DNA of 64,000 bases from assembly GCF_052425735.1 (NCBI RefSeq), contig NC_135759.1:33356001-33420000 (forward strand), read 5' to 3'. Of this stretch, positions 1-16,780 are shown piece after piece. A program made the position numbers and the translations under genes. The DNA comes from Oculina patagonica (lineage: Eukaryota). Below the pieces are notes generated by a model. It was not told the origin of the DNA. It saw nothing but the letters and a program-made list of their open reading frames with translations, and ran no database searches. Within the stretch, counting starts at the first letter, position 1. Each line of letters opens with the position of its first letter.

Positions 1-118
1 TCAGATTGCCAGTTTGCCTGATAGTCAGTCACTGGGTTATGCTAATTGCTGATGGAACATGGTCGTGCCTGCCTAGCTCTTAAAAAGGAAAGGTTATTCT
101 TTAATTTTGGTTTTATTA

Positions 119-569
119 TATATGTTGCAGTTAATTTTCGATCTCAGTTAATTTTTTTATTTTAACTAGTTAGTTTTTTTTTTCTAACTAGTTTTTTTTT
201 ATTCTAGGTTAATAAGTAGAAAAAGTAGAACACCTCCCCTCCCTTGATATCTCATACCCCCCCCCCCATCCTTACTAACCCTCCCCTACTATCTGCTGTT
301 ATCCCGCTCCCCTAAGTACTATCATTTATTTATTTTTCCTTTTTACTAACCTGCACTGGATTTGAACTCTCAACCTCTGGATTTGCTGTCCAACCCCTTA
401 TCCACTTTGCCACGAAGGAAACGTTGGGTGAACCACTATTTTTTTAAAATATATGATACCCTTACCCTAACCCCATTATTTAACTAGTTAAAAAAATCAA
501 CTAGTTAGAAAAAAACTAACTAGTTAAAATAAAAAATTAACTGAGATCAAAAATTAACTGCAACATATA
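119..569. mobile_element. MITE-like foldback element in COPA intron
   Basis: ~55-bp terminal inverted repeats (tatatgttgcagttaattttcgatctcagttaa... / ...ttaactgagatcaaaaattaactgcaacatata). Confidence 0.75.
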
Positions 570-764
570 CATAAACTGTAGGTTTTGGTCTTTTCACCTT
601 CGTTATCTATAAGCGATAGTCAACTTGGCTGCACCTCATTGACTTTTTTTTCATAGAAAACTTGGGCTCATTGTCTAATAATCGCTAATAAATGTACTTG
701 TTACACAATACTTGTACAAGTCAGATTAGTAAAAAGAGGAAATATGTTATTATGTTCTACTTAC

Positions 765-3452
765 TTGGTGATAAAAAGTAGTTCTGATGTAGTCCAGATG
801 ACCTAGCAAGGTGAATAGACATTTCTTCTGCTTGTAGTTCCATATCTACAAAAGTACAAATAATGGGTTTACCTTTGTTCCTTAGTTGAATAAAAAAGCT
901 AGAGTACAGTCAAACCTCAATTATCCAGACCTCGATTATCCGGATTTCTCGATTATCCGGACTTCCTTCTCTGGTCCCAATTTTTTCATGAATATTTATA
1001 AGTCACATTCAAGACCAGATAACTAAGTTCTACGACAATTTAAATGTTTTTTCAAGGTGCTTTACCTGTCAAAAAACATTGGAAAAACGTGATGTGTAGT
1101 TTCCAATCGAGCAACATTTTTAATACTTTGGCAGGCAAATTCCTTATTCAGTTTCCATTAGCAATAAAAACATTCACACAAATAAATTTGCTTTCTGTCT
1201 TTGCTTACTTCTATTATACTTAAGTTTACAAGGCAAAATGGCAAAATTCAGAATATTTTAATCCCTCTATAAACTGAAAACATCGTACAAAGTTCAATCA
1301 CGTTAGCACCACGTCTAGTCACCCGGCCCATCACGAAAATACACATGGAACACCTGGAGGTTTGCAAACGAATCGGCTGTTTTGGTCGCTTTTTTCCAAG
1401 AAAAACTGCCTCAAAATGATCAACGTTTTCAGAATTTTCGCTTGTGAGGATGGTTAACAGCTTATTTATCGCTATTATGAAGCAACTTTTCTTTTTTTTT
1501 CTGTTTAATGAGGAAAAATGCACGGAGGATGCAGAAGTTAGCAAACTTTGCCTATCCGCACCACCGAATCCTTTCAGATGCCTTGTTTTTATTTTTATTT
1601 TTTGGCTCATTAATATTCATACTTTTGATTATCCAGACTCTCGATTATCCGGACTATTTAGCCTAGTCCCAATGAGTCCGGATAATTGAGGTTCAACTGT
1701 ACATGCATGTTGTTCATTCATGTAAATAATGACATCAGTATATGGAAATAAATAATGTTGGGTACAAGAACCAACCTTTATCTTGTAATCATCCCCTCCA
1801 GAAACAAAAAGAGGCTGATTGTTATGGAAGTTGATTCCTCTCACAGGACCTACAATATAAAAACCATGGTTATTGTCTGGTCAACTTGGGTGTCACTGTG
1901 GGATTACTGTGATAAACATTTCATCATTTCTTCTTACAATTTGCCATTTCTGAGTTACCCTTTGCCTCTTTTTAAGAAAACACTCTTATTACAATGATTT
2001 TTTCATACACGTCCTTTTTTTTTTTAAATCAAACTCTTTTTTTTTTTATTTTTTTCCCCTTTAAACCCTTTTTAAAAAAGAGAAAAGGGAAAACACAAAA
2101 AGCCCCCCCCAGGAATAAATAAAAACAACAACTAGGCTACACTGTCCTGGCTCATGTTACAACTTGTTCCTTGTCAGTTTAAGACAGGGAGGTTTCTGTA
2201 ACATTTTGCCACCACAATGCACACACTCACCATCATGTTCGTCAAATCTCTCTAGCAGTGTACACATGCGATAATCCCACAGCTGAATAACACCATTGTG
2301 AAGACTTGCAAGAACCCATGGCCTCTTTGGGTGAAAGGCAATGCCTAAACAAGGAAGACAAAAACAGTTTACAAAATTATATAGAGACCAAACACCCTAG
2401 TGCGGTGTTATATATGCATAGGGCTTTCCTTACTTTTAAGGGACTCATGCACTAGGAAAACAACTGTCAAATGCAGCGCAAAATGGCGCAATTAATTAAT
2501 GCAAAGCGATGAAAAAGCATCACGTTTGTTCTCAGTTTGCTGCGGTAGTTCCACTCCAGTTTGCTGCGGTAGTTCCACTCCGGTGCTTGCGGTAGCTATT
2601 TGTTAGTAAGGGAAGCACAAAAATTGGTAACTGATCTGATCACAGCGTATCCTTTGTTACGCCATGCGTGTGCATTAGACAGTTGTTTTCCCTATATAGC
2701 GCGAGTCCCTTAAAAGTAAGGAAAGCCATGCATAGTACAAAAACTTTACTTTGGTGTCAGAATGAAATACTGTGGCCACTTTATTAAGAAAGTGACCAGT
2801 CAACAGAAGCCCCACAAAGAGAAGTTTTACTGCAAAACCTTTCAAATAGTGTAGTTTTTACAATCTTAGCAAATGTACGTGTGTACATCTAAGCCTTGAT
2901 TATTAATACTTAACAATCTTCCAAAGAAAAGGATTGTTGATACAATTCAGACTGAATAAACTGTTTTGTATAAAATCAATCACAGTGTCAGAAAATTTTT
3001 TTCAAAAAGAATGAACCCCACTAGTCTGTAATAATCAGTCTCAACTTTCCTGCAGAAATAAAAATCGCCCATAATTCGCTTTCCGTGTTCTTACAGTACT
3101 CTCTTCTTAAATAAAAACTGATTGAATAGCATGATGTAAACACTTTAGAAACAACAACAAAAGTCAAATTCTTGGAACCATAGATCTATCCCTCTATGGA
3201 ACAAGCTAGCTATTGTAAGTAAAAGAAGAAATTTAGCTTATACAAGTTGTCGTACGGTAAAGAAGAGATTATCTTGTGACAAGGGTTAAAAGGGAACAAA
3301 ACAAAAAGGATCACAACATTGAAAAGTATTATTTTGAAAGAGGCAATTTTGTGCAAGCATGCATGATGGAATTAGACCGGGAATTAGAAAGAAACATGGT
3401 ACTTCTACTCACCTTTCACTCTGGCCGATTTCGTTTCGAATTTCGTAAGCAT
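765..3452 (-). CDS. COPA: Coatomer subunit alpha (alpha-COP), first four coding exons; gene runs off the left edge
   Basis: Exons 3413-3452, 2231-2344, 1776-1849 and 765-845 have GT-AG ends and compatible phases. They splice to [103 protein letters not shown], the conserved COPA N-terminal WD40 sequence. Confidence 0.97.
907..1699. mobile_element. Non-autonomous Tc1/mariner (pogo-like) DNA transposon
   Basis: TA|cagtcaaacctcaattatcc...ggataattgaggttcaactg|TA: TIRs with a TA target duplication and subterminal cgattatccgga repeats. Confidence 0.8.
2422..2727. mobile_element. MITE with GG termini and 8-bp TSD (Merlin/hAT-like)
   Basis: TIR ggctttccttacttttaagggactc / gagtcccttaaaagtaaggaaagcc, flanked by the direct repeat ATGCATAG (2414-2421, 2728-2735). 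Confidence 0.85.
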
Positions 3453-3808
3453 GGCAGGTAAAACCTCTCAGAAATATAGAAAGAGGCACAAAGAAATGAT
3501 TATTGAATCAAAAATGATAACACTCCAACCAAGACCGCCACTATACAATGAAAATCGGTAGAAAAATACAAAATTCTACCACACAGAACAATATGGCGGT
3601 CGCCACGTCACTTCAGACATGTGTGAGCGCCTCGACTTGGTGCGGTACAGTTATTTCTCCCTCCCCTCCCTTATATGAATCGTGTCTTTCGTACCCAGTT
3701 CTAAAATCATGGCCCTCGCTTTCTCTCTTTCTCTTTCCTCTCTGCGACCGCCATCGCGGTTCAAGTCGGTGTACAATCCGCCGAAATTGTTGAGAAAATC
3801 GATACATC
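3453..3808. promoter_or_regulatory. Compact bidirectional promoter COPA/RACK1 with 5'TOP/TCT-type pyrimidine tract
   Basis: The two ATGs are 357 bp apart and divergent. YY1-like aatatggcgg (~3590), cacgtcac (~3604) and a pyrimidine run ctttctctctttctctttcctctct (~3718-3743) lie upstream of the RACK1 ATG. Confidence 0.7.
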
Positions 3809-8320
<4,512 letters not shown>

Positions 8321-9814
8321 GACAATAAGCCATGTTTCATACCAGAGGAATTTTACAATTGTAAAAATAAAGATTCAGCCACCCAGTAACACAGTGTGCT
8401 TTGTTATGTGTGTTGATTGTGTTGTTACCAGGTGTAGTTCAAATGATGGGCCAAGTGCAGAAAGGTCCGGGTTGAACTTAAAATTATAACAGGTTTCTTT
8501 AAGTTCATTAAGATTAGTTCGAGCAGAGATATCCAGTCCCTATCGTAATGATTAAAAAGGAAATGCGATGCATTGTTTTCAGACAAACACCTTTAATCTT
8601 TGTTCAACCTTAGGAGTGACTGCAAGTCTGAGAATAGCCCACGTTCAATATATCAAAATTTAAACATGGCACCGAGGCTATCTGGTCAACCTTTCCTTCT
8701 ATATAAAATTATGTATTTTAAGAGTCTCTTGCGAGAATTAACGAACAAGGGAATATTCGAAAATTTGCATTTTTTTTTTTACCAGAAAGCCTCGGAGTCA
8801 TGTTAGAATTTTGATACCTTAAGGTTACTATTAACTACCACTGATTTTAGCGAGTAGGGCAAAAATCGCTAAATTAAGTGCTCGCTAAAATTTGTCTCGC
8901 TAAAATTTGATACTCGTTCAGGGTGTTCATTAGGCATCGGAGAATTCTCCTTCTACTACGTAGAATTCTCCGGCTAAATTTCAAAGGCCTTTTATAAAAA
9001 TCCGGAACTTTTAAAAATTTTTTCCCCCTTTTTTTTACTTTTTTCCCCCCTTTTAAAATTTTAAAAAAACCTGCTCGTTAAATTTATTTACCCCCACCCC
9101 AAAGGGAAACAAAATTAAGCAACGACGACTTGAAAAATTTTTTACTTTGTTCTTTGTCTTTTCTGAAAATCGCTAAATTAAACAGTCGCTAAATCTTGGT
9201 TTATGGGGTCGACAATTCGATTTGCTCGTTGATAGAATCATCCTTTTAGCCCGATACCCCTCTTGGGAGGCTGTTGACAGCCGACAAGAACGGGTAGAAA
9301 AAAAGAGAGAGCCCCCGCGCAAGAATCTTTCGCGTGTCATTTCCTGTAATTAGGGCTGTACCCCGGATTTTGTGTGTTGGGTGGTTTATAGGTGCGAGGG
9401 CAATTAAAAAAGGCCCAGTTACTTTTAGGATCGTGGCCCCCTCCAGGGCAAGAATATAAAACATTTTTCCCAGGGTCCGCAAGAAAGACGTTGCCGGCCA
9501 GCAAAATGAAAATCACACCAAGACGTTTTTCACCTTCGATTGCAAGTAATGAACACATGACAATACCTTATTTTGTTTCCCCGTTTTATTCAGTAAATAT
9601 ATTTTGACATACTCTTTTGCCTAGCCTAAAAAAATAACTCCGATATTTCTAATTTTCTTTTTTTCTATTCTCTTTGACCAACATTCGGCCATACCCCCAG
9701 TCCCCAAATTTGTTCGTTCGACTACCAGCGACGTGGAAGAAACTTCCATAATGTGACCTTGTAAAACCGGTATTTGATGAGGCCTCCTGCCTGCCTCTTG
9801 TCTGCTAAGTATCT

Positions 9815-10894
9815 TTATCCTTCTTTGGAACAAACGGATGTAGTCCATTTGTAAGTTTTGGGTCTAGTGTAACAGAGTGACGCTTTGCTGACATTATGAG
9901 TGCAGTGCTTTCTCAACGCCGGTTCCACAGCAATGCCCACGAAGCTTGCAATTAACACTCCGGCTGATTCGCCAACAGTAACCAACCCCATACAAAATTC
10001 TTTGTACTTTGGCTCGATGACAATGGGCACCGCGCAAACCGTATTCGCGAAAACTAAACCCGACAACGAGCCGATAATGAAACAAAGAAGCAAAACTGAC
10101 CATACGGTTTGAAAAAGCCGATAGTACGACGCGCATATTGAAAAACTCATAACGGCCAGTAAAATCAACGAGAAAATCCATGTACGTTTTATAACTAAGC
10201 GAGGGACTAGCGCAGGCTTTGCCCAAGCGATTACGCTTAAATATGAACGCAGAATGAACTCGCCAACGCCGTTTAAAAGTACATAATACACAAAGTGGCT
10301 TCTTGGCGCAAAAGGAGCATCTTCGAACGCAATCGTTGTAAACACTGCATGGATTGTAATGTACTGTGCGACGTAGGCGGTGCAGAGCGCAATCATATAC
10401 GGCATGATCTGACACGCCCCCCTGCACTTTTCAGACCAGGACAAATAAAAAGGGTCCTTATTTAGGTAGTCATCTGAGCTCTCGGTGTCACTGGACTTGA
10501 GTTTCTTGTAGGTGTCCAGTAAGGCATAGGGCTTGATGCGGTCCTTGTCGAGTATGTAGTAAAATAACAGGATCAGAAGTGTCGCTGGTGAAATGATTAT
10601 TAGGGTCAGCTGGGGAGACACACACGCCCATGTCGTCATTCCTGGAAAAATATAACAACAAGAAAAATAATCAGCAAAAAAGCCACTGAACAAGACTTTC
10701 AACTATAGAGAACTGACACACGTGGTTCTAAAACTGAGGCAGAAAACGATATATAAAAGATTGCCTTCCTTTTTTTTTCTCGTTTTCCAATCTTCTTGGA
10801 CATCAAAAACTACAATATTGTTCTTGAGTCTACATATAGCCTCACTACCTAGGAAGCCAAACGTGAACAGATAAGTCTCTTGGTTGTTTTTTTT

Positions 10895-10943
<49 letters not shown>

Positions 10944-12386
10944 TGCTAATGTTTAAACAGGACGCTTGTAAGCTCCTGTACTGAAGTCAGTTTGTTTAGT
11001 ATTTACATTTTTCTCCTTTAAACTTCCGAAAGCAATAGTAATGACACCCACTCGGTTGTAGGTTGAGAAAATTTGATAATTTAACGACAGGCAAAGTGCC
11101 CCGTTTATAGATAAATGACTGCCACGCTAAAATACTTCTAACGATGCTAACGAAAAAAAGGCAATAGTTATAATGAAACAAAATTTAATTATGGAATAAA
11201 AATCGAATTCGTTTTCAGTAACTTCTCAAATTATAGCTTATACTTTTTTGTCATTTTTCGGGTCCTGTTTTGAGATTTTCACAAAATCGTCGAGAAACTG
11301 CCCCAGTTCTGTTTCAAATCAGTTTTCATTTCTTTATTTGCCAAATGCTAATGGACATTTTCCTTTCTATCCTAACAGCTAATCAGCTAATCTATTATTC
11401 TCTACCGGTACCCGGAGAAATAAGACTGAATTTATACGAGCATGTTAAACATGATATATTTTCCCGTTTCTGGACGTAAAAAATCCCCGCGAAGAGAGTG
11501 CTCGAGTGAGTGAATTGTTGTTGCTTCGTAAAAAGACTAGATTAACAATCTCGATTTCATCAAACATTTATAATTTATGCAAGTACTGTACTAAAAAATT
11601 GAAATTAGCAGATATAACATAAGTAGAATCTAAGGTGTTAACTAAATTGCAGACTTTGAGAGAGACTTTCTGACCGAAGGGTGAAAATCTCAAGTTCCTA
11701 CATGAAGAAACATTTATTTTTGCCATATCAAAAATGTGTTTATTTGCCTCTCGTGATAGCGAAATTATGCAACACGAAAGCGCGGGCTGCCGGCGGGCTG
11801 CCGCTAAATATCTGGTACTCATAATCAAGTGATCGAACTTACCTGTGTAATAAATTGGACCAAGAAGTATCCCAGCTCCACTTCCAGCAGCAAAGGATGT
11901 AATGGAGTACCGTCCATAAAAAGCGCTTAGCGCGAGAAACGAAATCTCACCTAACCCATGGGCTAGCGCGTTCAGCGAAACACCGATAATTTTCACGTAA
12001 ACGCTGTGAACTGAGATAACCAGCAGCGTACCACAAGCCATAGCGGCAAACACGATCAGGGTCCGCCAAAAGTAAGGAATTTTTTGCATGAACCAGGGCA
12101 GAAATGAAGTCACGATTACCATCGTGGCGACATGCGACGCGAGGATAGTAGTGGTCGGAATGTAAGTTCCTCCCAAGATGTCTTGAGAACCCGAAATGAC
12201 GACACTGAAGAACGAATGAAGTACCATCGCCACCCCGGCAAAACTAATGCAGATTGTAATGTGGTCGAGCCGTGAGAAGCCTTCATCGTCAACACCATGG
12301 TCAACACGATCTTTGGTGTTGAGTTCGTCTTCCTCAGAGTCTTCTTCCCCGCTTGTGAATTCAGGCTCCATTGTGTTTGAACTCAT
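9815..12386 (-). CDS. CLN3: Battenin/CLN3-family lysosomal membrane protein, 2 exons, ~456 aa
   Basis: Exon 1 11843-12386 (donor TACACAG|gtaag) and exon 2 9815-10641 (ccag|GAATG) join in phase 1. Motifs GLGEISFLALSAFY, FAAGSGAGILLG, YVAQYITIHAV and KEFCMG match the CLN3/Btn1 pattern. Orthologue versus paralogue is not resolved. Confidence 0.85.
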
Positions 12387-14303
12387 CAACAACAACTCGA
12401 CCAAAACGGGAGCTTAGACCCCGGTGGTTGCTCGACTCAATGGATAGAGTCGTTTTCACTAAACCACGACAAAATATCAACAGAAAATAGTCATGTCAAC
12501 ACGACAGAACGATAAGGTTCTTCTTCTAACACAACTCTAGCTTGAAATACAGGTTTGTTCGAGTTCACTAAAAAGATCAACTACAAGCTAATCGATTACT
12601 AGCCAAGCGGGGTATAATTTATGCTACCAGAGACTTTTGTTCTTTTGGTTTGAATGACACTTATCAGGATCAGAATTTGAATTTTAAATAAGATCAAAAC
12701 ACTTAACATTAATATTCTAGCAGTCAGTTCCACTGTTCCCGACACCTTTTATTCTTAAATTTTCCTTAAATAATACTATTCACAAAGAAGTTAATAGAAA
12801 AGTAGGTCAAAACAACTAATTAGATAAGATTTCCTTCAATTTCGTTTTCTTTAGCGCTTTCCCCCAAAACAGTTCTTTTCATAATATTTTTACCATGTTT
12901 ACGCAATTTGTAAATTAACTTTTTTTTCATAATTTTACTACCACAGCTACTGGGGTAACCTCCAAATTAAATGTATTGCACAAAATTTAATAATACTTTT
13001 ACCAATAGACAAATGCACACCATGTACCACTGACAGACGAGAAAATTAGTATAATTTGGTAACTAAGTTTGACTGTTAAACGAACGAAACTCGAAAAGTT
13101 GCAAGATTTCATTCTCGGAGATATATATTATTTATACAATACATATATAAATTTCGTCGAGTTGACCCAGCAAAGGTAAAAAAATAATATTCGTCCATAA
13201 AGTTTTACTTGCAATTGTTATCCGCTAATGAAAACATCAAGTTTTTTTTTATTAATTTGTCTCTAGGATATCCTCTTTATTTGAAAAAATGTCAATAGTT
13301 TTTCAAATGCCGGCAGGAACAGAGCATCTAGTGCAAATGAACTTTCTGTCACAATAAATCTGTTAAATTTGACACATGTCCGTCGCTACTGAGAATGAGA
13401 AGTGGACATTTATTCTCTAAAATCAATATACATGATATAAGGGCTAATACTTGTAACAAGTTCCTCTATTACGCAAAAGAAGAAGTTTCACTCGTCAGTT
13501 ATCCCGGTCATTCGCAGATGTCATTAGTAAATCTCACCCCTCGTACATAGGCTTTTATAGATTGTCCCAACCCAAACCACTGACTAACTTGTGTAAACCA
13601 AGACCTATATAACCGGCGCGACATTTCACGGTAAAAAGATAGCCTCCTTCCCAGGCAGCTCTGCTCCTGAAAAAAGACTAGGAACGAACGAAAGGGAGGT
13701 GAACCAGAATGACTAGGAACGAAAGCATGCGGTTGGCTGTCCACCACAAGTTGCTCTTTGGTAACTATCTTGATTTCAAGGTGACTTTTACACTCTAAGA
13801 AACGTTTATCCATTCTGAGAGATCTTGGCATCTTTTAGTGTTTAAATTGGTTTTACCATATTCGGAAGATTTCCTAATGTTTCCCGAAGGTCAAACGAAC
13901 ATTTCCGAATTTTGGGGAAGATTTCCGAAGCTGGCGAAGACTCCCGACGAAAATCCGACAATCTTCCATTAAAAAACGTTACAGCTCGTCAGCGAAACGT
14001 GACGTCATCGTTATCTTCACGTCAAAAATATCCGGTACTGCCTTTGGCAGTTTATGTAACGATTTTTCTCAGTGAGAGAAAACTCTGGTTATCACTGTAG
14101 TTTATATTGAACGTAAGTCGTAATTGAATAAGGTCAAATTAATTCTGTTGCAATAAAATTGCATCACAAAATGGTTAGAATTAAATCTTACTTTTGCAAC
14201 TGGAAGACCAAATGACAGAAATAAGCAACTTTTCAGTGTAAGAAAAAACAGTAACTTCGTAGTTTTTATGAGCAACTTAACTTTTAACTTGCGCAACGTA
14301 TTG

Positions 14304-14481
14304 AGGGTAGCAAAGGGGGTGTCATGATCCCGTTTCACACTCAAATTTTAACCAAATTCACGCGTCACGCATACTTGAAACAGCAGAATTCACGAATCCC
14401 CTGTCTTTATCAGTTATTTTCACGCGTCACGGACTAATTTTTCCCCTTTTCACGTGTCGCACATAAACCCTTTGCTACGCT
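14304..14481. mobile_element. hAT-like MITE, older copy of the family at 17460
   Basis: Termini agggtagcaaaggg / ccctttgctacgct, imperfect 8-bp TSD (acgtattg / ccttattg), internal cacgcgtcacg repeats; inverse orientation to 17460-17670. Confidence 0.75.
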
Positions 14482-16254
14482 CCTTATTGACGAATTTTGA
14501 GCAAGGTTTTTAGAAATGCCAAACAAATCGTGGACAGCGTTACCTGTGGCCGGCCTCAGCAACTGCCTGCGGGAGTGCGGGAGGAGGCTTGGTAAATAAT
14601 AGTTTCACGACCGGCAGCTTCGTAGCTTTGAAGAAACGTCTGATCTGCGCATGTAAGTTAAGTCGGTGTGTGAGTGACATACCTTCATTCGACTAAGCAA
14701 AATGAAAACACCAGTTATCTGTAGAAAACAGGTACATTGGTTAAACATTGTCTGGTATCATCACCCAGTCGCCAAACACTGCACACTGGTATATAATGCT
14801 ATACTAATTGTTTGAACAGGTAACAGAACTATTTTACGCTACGGCTGAAGAGACACAGTATTTGCAATCAGTTCCTAGGCGGTTTAACGCCGATAGATAA
14901 GTCCGAGACCTGATTTAATAAACAACCCAACATAGGAACAAGCAAAAATAAATAAGTGTCAAAAGTTGCAAAATTTTCACTATTAACGTCTTAATTGACA
15001 CAATTTGGCCAAAAACATGCGAAGTACGGAGGCATAATTCAACTCCACCTAAAAAGTTCAAGAGTTGTTAGCTTGGTCTTGCATCCATCAAAAAGTCACT
15101 TGCCGTCCAGATACTGAACACATTTGTGGGCGTAAATCTGGTAAATCTGGGTTGGGATTAGAAGTGATGGCTGAGCAATCTGAATTAAATCTGGATTTTA
15201 GGACGGCAGTGTCCAATTCGACTTGCATGGACGAGTTCACGCTTGGATAACTAGAATACTTCGGAAAAGGTTCGACTCGTTTCCGGAAGATAATCGCGAT
15301 TTCGGGAAACCTTTGGGAGTCCTTCGGAAGTCCGTCGACATAGATGTCCTTGGCATTGAGACACGCCTCTTTCCAATCAACACATCTAAATCGAAACTAA
15401 AGAGTCAGAACAAGTAATATATGCCTCAAATAATTTCGTATGGTTTTTTAATCGACTTTCGAAAATAATTCCAGTGTTCCCCTTTCACTTTCACAAGGCT
15501 TTATAATAAGCTTCGTAAAAAACAACAAAACGCGCAGTTAAGTAAGTAAGTAAGTTGCCTTTATTTAAACACGATAAAGTTAAAAGCTCACAAGCTTGTG
15601 GGGTCGTGTAAATTAATATAAAAGTTAAAATTATTTAAAATTATTTAAGCTCTTTAAAATTTAATTTTAGTAAAAAATTAAAAATATTTACGATTATTAA
15701 GCTATCTACGTTTTAATTTAAATTTTGAAAACTAGTACTAAAGGTAGGTAAAATCTATATGTTTAAAATAAATGGTTGCACAGATAAAACTTTTAAGGTA
15801 AAATCACGGGACTTTTCCCGCTCAAGGTTTTGGTTGCGGTTTTAGAGTATTGCAGTGAATTTGATTGATCTATAGGCTCAAAGGGAGGGGGAAAACAGTT
15901 ATATCCAAATATAAAATGCCTGGATTTTTCCTCAGTAGCATAGAGGAGTATTAAAAGATCAAGATATTGATTCCCAGACAGTCCGCAAACGACTTCGAAC
16001 CGTCTGAGAATGAGGCTATGATAACAACAGAGCTAAGCCTGAGTAAATCAACTGCAATAACATAACATTTATTACATGATCCTGAACTATTTTGTTTAGA
16101 CAACCGTGAAAACTTGCATATGAAAAATAAAGTTATTTACACTGTGTAAGGCGTTCATATACAGCCACATGGTATTAAAAAAGATGCACTGCTAATGTAT
16201 ATAAATGTAGTGCAATATGTAATGCGATGTCAGTGAATCATTGTATTTGAGATT

Positions 16255-16780
16255 GTAATTGAGAACTACACTAGCTACCTGTTGAATTACGTATTATATT
16301 TAAACTTCTAGTCATCACTTTTAAAATTATTCATGGACTCTGCCCAGCCTACTTGTCGCCCCTCCTACAACAATATTGCCCGCAACGGAACTTACGCTCA
16401 TCTTCTAAACTGCTCTTTACTGTCCCTACTGTAAACTCGGTGACATACGGTGAACGTGCCTTCTCTTTCTCTGCACCTATGGAACAGCCTACCGGACACT
16501 GTCAAAAATGCACCAGCTCTTTCGACTTTTAAATCTGCACTAAAAACATTTTTGTTTTGGCAATTTTATTTTTGATCTATTTTTAGTAGCCGTACCTAGC
16601 TTTCATGCAACCTTAATGTTTTCTTTTGATTAGTAGTTTCATTTATTTTATTTATTAGTGTCTTAGGAAATTATTCCCATTATATTAGTTTTTACTAACC
16701 ATTTTTTTAATATAGAAATGTAAGCGCATTGAGTTTTTTAAATGCGCCCAAAAAACTTTATTATTATTCATTATTATTAT
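16255..16780 (+). mobile_element. 5'-truncated L2/CR1-group LINE 3' end
   Basis: Degenerate translation LH*LPVELRIIFKLLVITFKIIHGLCPAYL...RNLRSSSKLLFTVPTVNSVTYGERAFSFSAP.WNSLPDTVKNAPALSTFKSALKTFLF is typical of the ORF2 C-terminus. It ends in a (TTA)n tail. Confidence 0.85.

Noticed and set aside
1-25. aactggcaatc on the minus strand, resembling the NWQS of the next COPA exon
   Set aside because: The flanking codons do not match (no W-I-L-S/IRIW) and a stop follows; coincidental.
9894-10427. Alternative-frame and antisense ORFs over CLN3-like, RACK1, TYMP, the six-TM copies and the 356-aa ORF
   Set aside because: Shadow ORFs of real coding exons.
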